From positions 1 through 43,120 of the forward strand of contig CALCID010000067.1 of assembly GCA_937907535.1 (NCBI GenBank): DNA of 43,120 nucleotides, written 5' to 3'. Positions within the stretch are counted from its first letter, which is position 1. Each line of letters begins with the position of its first letter. The translations under genes and the position numbers were made by a program. Shown piece after piece: positions 18,949 through 26,384 of this stretch. The DNA is from an uncultured bacterium. GTDB lineage: Bacteria; Gemmatimonadota; Gemmatimonadetes; Longimicrobiales; RSA9. The notes under the pieces are model-generated. The model was not told the origin of the DNA. It saw nothing but the letters and a program-made list of their open reading frames with translations, and searched no databases.

Positions 18949-19101
18949 CGTGCACGTGCTCGTGCTCGTGCACGACCCGGAAACGCAGCCCAACCGCGAA
19001 GGTTGCCCCGTGCACGTGCTCGACCCGGAAGCGCAGCCCTGCCGCGAAGGCTGTCCCCCGTTCACGACCCGGATAGGTAGCCCTACCGCGAAGGCTGCCC
19101 C
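18949..19101 (-). repeat. Tandem array D: 3 copies of the same repeat family in minus orientation; the last copy overlaps the 3' end and stop codon of the decarboxylase gene
   Basis: The reverse complement reads GGGGCAGCCTTCGCGGTAGGGCTACCTATCCGGGTCGTGAAC / GGGGACAGCCTTCGCGGCAGGGCTGCGCTTCCGGGTCGAGCACGTGCACGG / GGCAACCTTCGCGGTTGGGCTGCGTTTCCGGGTCGTGCACGAG(CACGAG)n. Confidence 0.85.
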
Positions 19102-20543
19102 TTCTCCAGCCAGTCCAGCACCCGATCCACGTCCTCCTTCCGGGTGCGGTGGTTCAGGATGCACATGCGCAGCGCGTACCGGCCGTGGATCCGGGTGGAC
19201 GAGATCATGCCGAGCCCGCTTTCGAGGAGCCCCCGGACGAAGGCGGCGTTCAGGTCCTCGAGCTCGGACTCGTCCATGGCCGCGCCGGCCGGCGGCACCC
19301 GCCGGAAGCACACGACGCCCAGGCTCGCGGGCGAGAGCAGCTCGAAGCGGTCGGACTCGCGGATCCGCCGCTCCGCATGCGCGGCCAGGTCGAAGGCGTT
19401 GTCGATCGCGGCGCGGAACCGCTCCACCCCGAAGACCTTCAGGGAGGTCCAGATCTTGAGCGCCCGGGAGCAGCGCGTGAGCTGGATCCCGTAGTCGCCG
19501 AAGTTGACCTCCCGGAGCTCCGCGGGCGCGTCGTCGTCCGGGGCCACGTCCTGGAGGTAGTCGGCGAACATGCTGAAGGTGCGGGGGAGCCGCGCGCCCT
19601 CCCTGACCAGGATGCACCCGGCCTCGTAGGGCTGGAACAGCCATTTGTGGGGGTCGAGCGTGATGGAGTCGGCGCGCTCGATCCCTTTCAGGAGCTGGCG
19701 GCCCCGGGCGGTCAGGACGGAGAAGCCGCCGTACGCCCCGTCCACGTGGTACCAGACGCCGTGCTCGGCGCAGACCTCGGCCAGCTCCCGGAGCGGGTCG
19801 ACGGCGCCGGTGCTGGTGGCGCCGGCGCTGGCGCACGCGAATAGCGGCCGGAGCCCGGCTTCCCGGTCCTCCCGGATCGCCCGGTCGAGGGTCTCGGGCG
19901 CGAGCCGGAACGCGTCATCGGTCGGGAGGACGCGGACGCGGTCCGGGCGGAAGCCGAGGGTCCGGGCGGAGCGCTCCATGGAGGAGTGGGTCTGGTCGGA
20001 GACGTAGACGACCAGGTCGTCCGCGTGGGCGCCGGCGAGGGCGGCGCGGGCGCAGACCAGGGCGGTGAGGTTCGCCACGGAGCCGCCACTGACCAGGGCC
20101 CCGGCCGCGGAGGTCGGGTAGCCGATCCACTCCTTGAACCAGTCGAGGACCACCAGCTCGACCTGGGTGGGCCCCGCGGACGCCAGCCAGGTGCCCTGGA
20201 ACACGTTGAACCCGGCGGCCAGCATGTCGGCCAGGATCCCGGGCCAGGTGGGGCAGCCGGGGATGAAGGCGAAGGCGCGGGGGTGGTCGTTCTTCCCGGT
20301 GAAGGGGAGAACGTCGGTCAGGAGCCGGTCCAGGACCAGGTCCGGGTCGGTGGGTCCGTCGGGCGGGGGCTCACGCAGCCGGCGCTCCATTTCTTCGCGG
20401 GTCGCGCCCCGCCAGGCGACGTCCGCGTCCAGCCCCGAGATCCGCTCGACGATGGTGTCGATGACCCGGTAACCGAGCCGGCGCATGGTTTCCGGGTCCA
20501 GCTCGAGGGCGTGGTCCGGCATCGGATATCCGAGCTTGGCCAT
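19083..20543 (-). CDS. PLP-dependent group II amino-acid decarboxylase (aromatic-L-amino-acid / diaminobutyrate / glutamate decarboxylase family)
   Basis: 486 aa with the PLP-lysine motif SITLDPHKWL and S-x-H (DQTHSS) region typical of group II decarboxylases. The last codons GQPSR-stop are encoded by a repeat unit. Confidence 0.85.
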   Translation of the reverse strand: MAKLGYPMPDHALELDPETMRRLGYRVIDTIVERISGLDADVAWRGATREEMERRLREPPPDGPTDPDLVLDRLLTDVLPFTGKNDHPRAFAFIPGCPTWPGILADMLAAGFNVFQGTWLASAGPTQVELVVLDWFKEWIGYPTSAAGALVSGGSVANLTALVCARAALAGAHADDLVVYVSDQTHSSMERSARTLGFRPDRVRVLPTDDAFRLAPETLDRAIREDREAGLRPLFACASAGATSTGAVDPLRELAEVCAEHGVWYHVDGAYGGFSVLTARGRQLLKGIERADSITLDPHKWLFQPYEAGCILVREGARLPRTFSMFADYLQDVAPDDDAPAELREVNFGDYGIQLTRCSRALKIWTSLKVFGVERFRAAIDNAFDLAAHAERRIRESDRFELLSPASLGVVCFRRVPPAGAAMDESELEDLNAAFVRGLLESGLGMISSTRIHGRYALRMCILNHRTRKEDVDRVLDWLEKGQPSR

Positions 20544-20547
20544 AGGA

Positions 20548-21291
20548 CTACGCCGCCGTGAGGATCAGGGGCTGATCCCGCGTGATCACGATGGTGTGCT
20601 CGTGATGCGCGGCCAGGCTGCCGTCCGCGGTGGTGATGGTCCACCGGTCCGGGCGGGTCCGGGTGCGCCACGAGCCCGCGGAGACGATCGGCTCGAGGGC
20701 GATGACGAGTCCCTCGGTGAGCGGTTCCCGCGCCGCGGGGTCGTAGAAGTTCAGGACCTCGGGCGGCTCGTGGATGGCGCGGCCGATGCCGTGCCCGCAG
20801 AGCTCGCGGAGCACGGTGAAGCCGCGTCGCCGGACCTCGCGCTCGACCTCCCGGCCGATGACGGAGATGGGCGCGCCGGCGCGGGCCACGGCCGCGGCCT
20901 TCCAGAACGCGGCCTCCGCGCAGTCGCGCAGCGCGATGGCGAGGGGGCTGGCCGGGGGGACGACGACGGTGACCGCCGCGTCCGCGAAGTACCCGTCCAG
21001 CTCGATGGTCACGTCGAGGGTGACCAGGTCACCTTCCCGGATGACCCGGTTTCCGGGCACGCCGTGCACCGCCTCTTCGTTGACGCTGATGCACATGGTG
21101 CCCGGGAATCCGTACTGGAGGCGGGGCGCGGATCGCGCGCCGTGCCGCTCCAGGACCTTGTCCGCCAGCGCATCCAGCGCGGCCGTGGTGATGCCGGGCC
21201 GGACCGCGGCGGTGAGCTCTTGGAGGACGTCCGCGACGACCGCGCCCGCCCGCTGGAGCCCCTCCAGATCCGCCGCCGTTTCTATAGACAC
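20548..21291 (-). CDS. map: Type I methionine aminopeptidase
   Basis: 247 aa from the GTG at 21291, which has GGGAG 6 nt upstream. Metal-ligand context matches MAP type I (D in DLVTLDV, GHGIG, LTEGLVIALEP, EHTIVIT). The stop is 4 nt before the decarboxylase start, indicating an operon. Confidence 0.85.
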   Translation of the reverse strand: MSIETAADLEGLQRAGAVVADVLQELTAAVRPGITTAALDALADKVLERHGARSAPRLQYGFPGTMCISVNEEAVHGVPGNRVIREGDLVTLDVTIELDGYFADAAVTVVVPPASPLAIALRDCAEAAFWKAAAVARAGAPISVIGREVEREVRRRGFTVLRELCGHGIGRAIHEPPEVLNFYDPAAREPLTEGLVIALEPIVSAGSWRTRTRPDRWTITTADGSLAAHHEHTIVITRDQPLILTAA

Positions 21292-22231
21292 GTCAATCTC
21301 CCGTCGTCGTAAGAAAATCGTGGATATACGAAAGATAGGACGACCCCCGGCCATTCGGGAGGGGGCGGGGGGTCGCGCGGAGCGGCGGCCGTGAGCGGGC
21401 ATCCGGTCCCGCGGAATGCGGGAACGACCGCCGGTCGGGACGCCCGCCGGCGGTGGGGGCGTCCCGAGAGCGGGCGTGGGGATGGGGTGATTTCGCGCGA
21501 AATCCGGGCGCTGGAGGTGGGTGGGTGCGCCGGCGCAGCCCCGGGTACGGCCGAGCCTGCGGCAGCGAGGCCTGAAGGCCGCCGGCCGGGAGGCGCCGGG
21601 TCGGGGGTGGTCGGTTGGGGCGGGGCGCGTTGCCGAGAGCGCCGAGCCCGTCGCGGGATGCAGATTCGAAGCGCCGGCGGGGGTGGCGGTCCGTTTCGCG
21701 CGCCCTCGATTCCGGGTGGGCGGTCGTCGCGGGGGCATGGGACGGGTGCAGCGGGATCCGTCAGGGCGGCGAAACGCCGCCGCGGCGGGGCGGGACGGGC
21801 GATCGGCGGGAGCTCGGGTCGGGGCATGGCACCGCCCCGTGGGCGCGGGGCGGCTTCGAGCGCGGGCCGGGACCGAGCGGTCCGCAGACCTGCACCCTTG
21901 CCGGGCGCATCCGGGCGGCGCCCGCGCGGTCACGGGCGCAGAGGCGCATGCGCCCCGGCGCGGGAGCCGGCGCCGCCGCGGACGGGCGGTCCGCGGGGGG
22001 GCGTGCGCCGGACGACGTCGCCCGATGGAAGAGCGTTGCCGGCCCGGGCAGGCGAGCGGGGCGGCCGCCCGGGACGGCGACAGTCCGGGGCGAGCCCCTC
22101 CCCGGGCGGGCGGATGGGCCGGTGCGCGCCGGTGCCGCGGGCACGACCCGTGACGGGCGGCCGACGACGCGGCCGCCGAGCGCCCAAAAGCACGTCATCG
22201 GCCCGCCGTGGAGGGGCGGACCGGCCCGGAA

Positions 22232-22272
22232 AGCGCGAACGCCCGCGGGAGAGACCCTCCCACGGGCGTTCG
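22232..22272 (-). terminator. Hairpin downstream of the cold-shock gene (GAACGCCCGTGGGAG ggtc TCTCCCGCGGGCGTTC on the minus strand)
   Basis: A ~15-bp stem with one G-U pair starts ~20 nt after the csp stop. Only a short T tract (GCGCTTTCC) follows, so it is weak as an intrinsic terminator. Confidence 0.4.
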
Positions 22273-22292
22273 GCTCGAGCGTGGCTCCCGGT

Positions 22293-22592
22293 TTAGAAGC
22301 GGCTCTGGTAGCGGCCGGCGCCGAAGCGGCCGCCGCCCTGCCCGCCCTCACGCCGCATCGGGCGGCGCGGCGCCTCGGCCGGCGGGTTCAGGCGCACGAC
22401 GTTCTGGGCCTTGGGGCCCTTGGCCTCCTCGACCACGTCGAACTCGACCTCTTCGCCCTCATAGAGGACCTTGAAGCCGGTCCCCTCGATGGCGCTGTGG
22501 TGAACGAAGACGTCCGCGCCCTCCTCCGGGGTCAGGAAGCCGTAGCCCTTCTCCTGGGAGAACCACTTGACGGTGCCTCTGGTACGAGCCAT
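22293..22592 (-). CDS. Cold-shock domain protein (CspA family) with Arg/Gly-rich C-terminal tail
   Basis: From the ATG at 22592 (RBS CAGGAG): [37 protein letters not shown]... contains RNP1 (KGYGFL) and RNP2 (VFVHH). The ~30-aa tail is [20 protein letters not shown]. Confidence 0.8.
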   Translation of the reverse strand: MARTRGTVKWFSQEKGYGFLTPEEGADVFVHHSAIEGTGFKVLYEGEEVEFDVVEEAKGPKAQNVVRLNPPAEAPRRPMRREGGQGGGRFGAGRYQSRF

Positions 22593-22695
22593 CGCTGTAC
22601 TCCTGTGGTGTATCGGTAACGTGCGTCGGGGGTTACGGTGCGATGTCCCGTACCCTCTGACCAGATTGCCGCGTAATGCGCCCGCGGCCGGCGAT

Positions 22696-22736
22696 AACAA
22701 AAAGGGACCTGCGTGTCGTGTGTGCGCAGGTCCCGG
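22696..22736 (-). promoter_or_regulatory. Terminator-like hairpin plus T5 inside the cold-shock gene leader (GGGACCTGCG cacacacgaca CGCAGGTCCC TTTTT on the minus strand)
   Basis: A 10-bp perfect stem is followed by TTTTTGTT, ~110 nt upstream of the csp ATG on the same strand. It is a candidate attenuator or thermosensor in a long cold-shock 5' UTR. Confidence 0.4.
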
Positions 22737-22954
22737 ATCACTGCTGTGCTACAGACTACCCGCGTACCTGTGACGGCCGTCGGTCATCGTCCGGCCGTTC
22801 ACGCTGCGCGGGAAGATAAGGATGTGGCCAGGCGTTTGTCAAGAGTGACGTTAGGCGGACCGCAAGGGGGCCGCGCGGGTAGTTGGGAGCGGCGGTGCCG
22901 GGCCGCTGGACAGGGGTGCGCCGGGGTCGTGGAGGGGCCTGTCCGGGTGCGCGA

Positions 22955-22983
22955 TTGACGCGGGCGGGGTGGCGCGGTACCGT
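22955..22983 (+). promoter_or_regulatory. Candidate sigma-70-like promoter TTGACG-N17-TACCGT
   Basis: The -35 element is a near-consensus hexamer, the spacer is 17 nt and the -10 element is weak. It lies ~65 nt upstream of the ATG at 23049 and divergent from csp. Sequence pattern only. Confidence 0.25.
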
Positions 22984-23048
22984 GACGGTGGGTGAGTTCT
23001 GGCTCGCGGGAGCCAGGGAACGCTGACCTCAGACCGAACGAGTTGACG

Positions 23049-23390
23049 ATGGCTACGACGGAACGTCGCGCTGCCGCGGGGAGCGGCGTGTCTCGGTTCC
23101 GCGTCTCGGACGCGTATCGGATCCCGTTGCGGGGTTACATGCTGCGGCTGAAGCTGGTGGAGGGCGAGCCGCGGCTGAGCGTGCTGAAGCCCGGGCGGCG
23201 GGTGACGCTGCGGGCGCCGGATGGGTCGAAGCGGGCGGTGCGTGTGGTGGGTCTGGCGACCACGTACGGGCGGCCGACGGAGGAGGGGCTGCGGTCGAAG
23301 GGGGAGATCGACATCGTGATCTCCGAGGCGGATGCGGTGGGGGATGGCCGGGTGGTGGCGATCGGTTGGGAGGTCCTGGGCTCGGCGTGA
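23049..23390 (+). CDS. Hypothetical small protein (beta-barrel-like, ~113 aa)
   Basis: Clean ORF. The ATG at 23049 was chosen; the GTG at 22992 is an alternative. No motif was recognised. Confidence 0.4.
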   Translation: MATTERRAAAGSGVSRFRVSDAYRIPLRGYMLRLKLVEGEPRLSVLKPGRRVTLRAPDGSKRAVRVVGLATTYGRPTEEGLRSKGEIDIVISEADAVGDGRVVAIGWEVLGSA

Positions 23391-23534
23391 GGTCCGGCCG
23401 GCCGGGCGGCGCGCGCCCGGGGTGGCCGGGTGGGGGTGTGGGGGGACGGGACGTCGATCTGGACATCCCGGGGGGCGCGCGCTAGTGTTGCACCGCGAGT
23501 CCGAACAAGCACGACGATCGAGAGGGGAACGGCC

Positions 23535-24533
23535 ATGCCCGAGGGCCGGTTGGCATTCCTGACGGGCGCGACCGGCTTCATCGGCTCGCGCCTCACCCGC
23601 CGTCTGGCGGAGGAGGGTTGGCGGCTGCGCTGCGCGGTCAGGGCCACGTCGGACACCGCGGATCTGGAGCGGTTGGGCGCGGAGATCGTGGTGGGCGACC
23701 TGCTGGACGTGGACTGGCTGGCGGGGGAGCTGGCGGGCGTGGACGTGGCGTTCCACCTGGCCGCGGTGTACGCGGTGGGGATCGTGGACGTGGCGGCGAT
23801 GGAGCGCACGAACGTGGGCGGGACGCGTGCGTTCCTGGAGGCGTGCGAGCGGGCGGGCGTACCGCGGGCGGTGTACGTGTCGAGCACCGTGGCGCTGGGT
23901 CCGGTGGTGGAGGGGGAGGGGGACGAGAACACGGAGAACGTGGGCCCGTTCCGTTCCCACTACGAGCGGACGAAGGTGGAGGCGCACCGGCTGGCGGTGG
24001 AAGCGCAGCGGCGGGGCCTGCCGGTGACGATCGTGTGTCCGGCGTACGTGTACGGTCCGGGCGATGGGGGGCCGGGCGCGGCGCTCATGGCGGACGCGCT
24101 GCGGGGCCGGATCCCGGGGTTCCCGAACCCGCCGGCGTGGTTCTCGTACGTGCACGTGGACGACGTGGCGGAGGGGATCCGGCTGGCGGCGGAGGTGGGC
24201 CGGGCGGGGGAGACGTACGTGCTGTCGGGCGAGCACTGCCGGGTGGACGAGTATCTCGGGCGCGCGGCGGCGCTGGCGGGGCGGCGGATCTCCCGCCTGC
24301 GCTTCCCGCCGGCGCTGGCGCGGCTGTCCGCCATGGTGTGCGACGGGATCTCGCGGGCGACCGGGCTGCGCTTCCCGCTCACGCGGGAGAATGTGGAGAC
24401 GGGCACGGGGTGGCGGTGGCTGCATTCGCACGCGAAGGCCACGGCGGAGCTGGGCTGGAGGCCGCGGTCGCTGGACGAGGGGCTTCCGGAGACGGTGGTC
24501 TGGGTGCAGCGGCACGTGTTGGGCCGGCGATGA
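23535..24533 (+). CDS. NAD(P)-dependent epimerase/dehydratase (extended SDR family)
   Basis: The ATG at 23535 has GAGGGG 7 nt upstream. The Rossmann motif LTGATGFIGSRL is present, and the catalytic Ser-Tyr-Lys context (SS ... YxxxK: YERTK) is typical of SDR epimerases. Confidence 0.8.
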   Translation: MPEGRLAFLTGATGFIGSRLTRRLAEEGWRLRCAVRATSDTADLERLGAEIVVGDLLDVDWLAGELAGVDVAFHLAAVYAVGIVDVAAMERTNVGGTRAFLEACERAGVPRAVYVSSTVALGPVVEGEGDENTENVGPFRSHYERTKVEAHRLAVEAQRRGLPVTIVCPAYVYGPGDGGPGAALMADALRGRIPGFPNPPAWFSYVHVDDVAEGIRLAAEVGRAGETYVLSGEHCRVDEYLGRAAALAGRRISRLRFPPALARLSAMVCDGISRATGLRFPLTRENVETGTGWRWLHSHAKATAELGWRPRSLDEGLPETVVWVQRHVLGRR

Positions 24534-24591
24534 CCGGTGCACGGGAGCAGAGAGGAGGTACGACCGGCAACCCTTTACGCGGCGGGGAACG

Positions 24592-25125
24592 ATGACCGAG
24601 CGCGCCACGTCGGCAAGAGCCATGAGTCCCGGGGAGCTGGGTGACAGCCTCGCGCGGTTCGTGTGGGAGAGCTTCACGGATTTCCTGGAGCGGGACCCGG
24701 CGGCGGGCGATGGTTCGCCGGGGATGGGCGCGGTGTCGATCCGGGACCTGGTCGCGGAGGAGTTGCTGATCCTCTTCCTGTGGGTGCACACGCAGGTGTG
24801 CCAGCAGGCGTTCGGGGGGCGCGCGGACCCGGCGCGGGTGCGGGCGGTGCTGGACGAGATGCACCGGGCGGTGTTCGAGGACCTGGAGGCGCGGGGCTTC
24901 TCCCGGGCGCAGCTCCCGCTCTTCGAGCAGCTCGTGAGCGCGCGGTACTCGGAGTACTACGCGGCGGCGTCCGGGCGGGCGGAGACGGTGGGGGAGGTGG
25001 CGGCTAGGCACGTGAGCGGCACGAAGCCGGTGCCTGCCTGGCTCCCGCGGGCGCTCGCGGAGGCGACGATCAGCACGGCGGGCCCGTTGCGGGACTACCT
25101 GGACGAGGTGGTGATCGCGGGTTGA
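24592..25125 (+). CDS. Hypothetical protein (~177 aa, helical)
   Basis: In an operon-like position 59 nt after the epimerase stop. The upstream 5' part of the long track ORF overlaps the epimerase in another frame and was rejected. Start uncertain (24592 or 24622). Confidence 0.45.
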   Translation: MTERATSARAMSPGELGDSLARFVWESFTDFLERDPAAGDGSPGMGAVSIRDLVAEELLILFLWVHTQVCQQAFGGRADPARVRAVLDEMHRAVFEDLEARGFSRAQLPLFEQLVSARYSEYYAAASGRAETVGEVAARHVSGTKPVPAWLPRALAEATISTAGPLRDYLDEVVIAG

Positions 25126-25165
25126 GCGGAGCCGTGCCCGTCGGGGCGCCCGGCGGGCCGTCGGC

Positions 25166-26155
25166 TCAGGGGCGGACGGCGGTCAGGAGCTGGCGCTCCC
25201 GCAGCGGATCGAGGTCTTCCACGCGCACGTCGCCGAACCCGGCGTCGGCGAGCCACTCCCGATAATCCTCTTCCGAGTACGTATCCCCACCCTCGGTACG
25301 GAGCAGCATCACGATGGCGAAGCGCGCGGCGCGCGGGCTGCGGCCGCGCACGAAGTCCGCGATGGCGACGACGCCGCCCGGGCGCATCACGCGGCACACC
25401 TTCTCGAGGAGCGCGCGGTTTGCCGCGGGCGGGTAGGCGTGGGTGATGTTGCTGATGAGCGCCAGGTCGAAGGGCCCGTCGGGGAGCGGGTCGTGGAAGA
25501 AGTCTCCGGCGGCGAGGTGGAGGCTCTGGATGTCCCGGAGGCCGTAGGCGTGGGAGACGTGGTCGATGACCTCGGCGCGGTCGTAGAGGGTGGTCTCGAC
25601 GCCGTTGCGCACGAGCTCACGGGCGTAGAGGCCGGGTCCGCCGCCCAGGTCGAGGGCGGTGCGGGCGTCCGGGATCCGTTCGAGGCAGAGCCGGACCACG
25701 CGCCGCACCCGTTCCGCGGGGGGCGCGGCCATGGCGGCCATGAACCGGGCGATGGCGGCGCGGGAGTCATCCGTGGCGGGCGGGGCATCCGGCGCGCCGG
25801 TCCGGAGCACGTCCGGGAGCCGGGTCCAGGCGCCGAGGAGGTTCAGCCAGTGGCCGAGCCCGCCGCCGATGTAATCGGCGGAGTCCGGGTCCGCGAGCCG
25901 GCGGCGGGCGGCGTCGGTCAGGGCGTATCGGCTCTCGCGCTCGGTGAGGAGGCCGGCTTCCTCGAGGACGGGGAGCACGATGCCGACGGCGCGGGCGTCC
26001 AGGCCGACGCGGCCGGCGAGCTCGGCGGGGGTGGCGTCGCCCGTGGCGAGGCCGCGGAAGATGCCGGCGGCCTCGGCCGCGGCGATCGTGACCACGATTT
26101 CGGCTTCGTCGCGCAGTTCGTTGAGGGCGTCGAGGAGCGCGTCAGCCGTCTTCAT
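25166..26155 (-). CDS. Class I SAM-dependent O-methyltransferase (with N-terminal dimerisation/wHTH-like domain)
   Basis: 329 aa. SAM motif I LDLGGGPG, with acidic (ETTLYDRAE) and hydrophobic motifs spaced as in plant-type/bacterial OMTs. The ATG at 26155 overlaps the upstream zinc-ribbon ORF by 14 nt. Confidence 0.75.
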   Translation of the reverse strand: MKTADALLDALNELRDEAEIVVTIAAAEAAGIFRGLATGDATPAELAGRVGLDARAVGIVLPVLEEAGLLTERESRYALTDAARRRLADPDSADYIGGGLGHWLNLLGAWTRLPDVLRTGAPDAPPATDDSRAAIARFMAAMAAPPAERVRRVVRLCLERIPDARTALDLGGGPGLYARELVRNGVETTLYDRAEVIDHVSHAYGLRDIQSLHLAAGDFFHDPLPDGPFDLALISNITHAYPPAANRALLEKVCRVMRPGGVVAIADFVRGRSPRAARFAIVMLLRTEGGDTYSEEDYREWLADAGFGDVRVEDLDPLRERQLLTAVRP

Positions 26156-26384
26156 GGGGTCCCGGGCGCTCGGGCAGGTGCTCGCCGGGGCCGCGCTTGA
26201 ACCACTCGAAGGCCGTGCGGCAATGGTTGCACCAGTAGGTGGCCACCGAGAGCGCGGAGCCGAAGGGCGAGTGCAGCTCGGTCTCCCGGCCCCGGCAGAA
26301 GGGGCACTCCACGCTCGCGGGGAGGCCGTACTCCGTCGCGCGGTAGACGGCGTCCGGGTTCACGTCAGTCGAGCCGGAAAGCAC
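26142..26384 (-). CDS. Small zinc-ribbon protein (CPFC ... CNHC), likely the detached C-terminal zinc-finger module of PaaD
   Basis: 80 aa with two CxxC pairs (CPFCRG and CNHCRT). It overlaps the paaC stop and the methyltransferase start, indicating translational coupling. The GTG at 26384 has GGAG 9 nt upstream. Confidence 0.45.
   Translation of the reverse strand: MLSGSTDVNPDAVYRATEYGLPASVECPFCRGRETELHSPFGSALSVATYWCNHCRTAFEWFKRGPGEHLPERPGPHEDG

Noticed and set aside
13453-19101. CRISPR array interpretation of the repeat arrays
   Set aside because: The units are degenerate rather than identical, the variable segments are only ~13 nt (too short for spacers) and are related to each other, the unit length varies with the hexamer count, and no cas genes are present in the window.
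21292-22292. RNase P RNA, tmRNA or SRP RNA in the gene-less kilobase
   Set aside because: I could not find the conserved blocks by eye (GGAAAGTCCGGGCTCC / ACAGAACCCGGCTTA for RNase P; the tmRNA tag-reading frame; the SRP GGAAGGAAGCAGC domain). This needs a covariance-model search, so it is left as an open finding rather than a feature.
21391-22619. 301-aa and 334-aa Arg/Gly-rich ORFs in the 1-kb gap as real proteins
   Set aside because: The composition is extremely biased (R, G, A, P), there are no motifs, no RBS/start context, and the ORFs overlap each other. The region is treated as non-coding or unknown instead.
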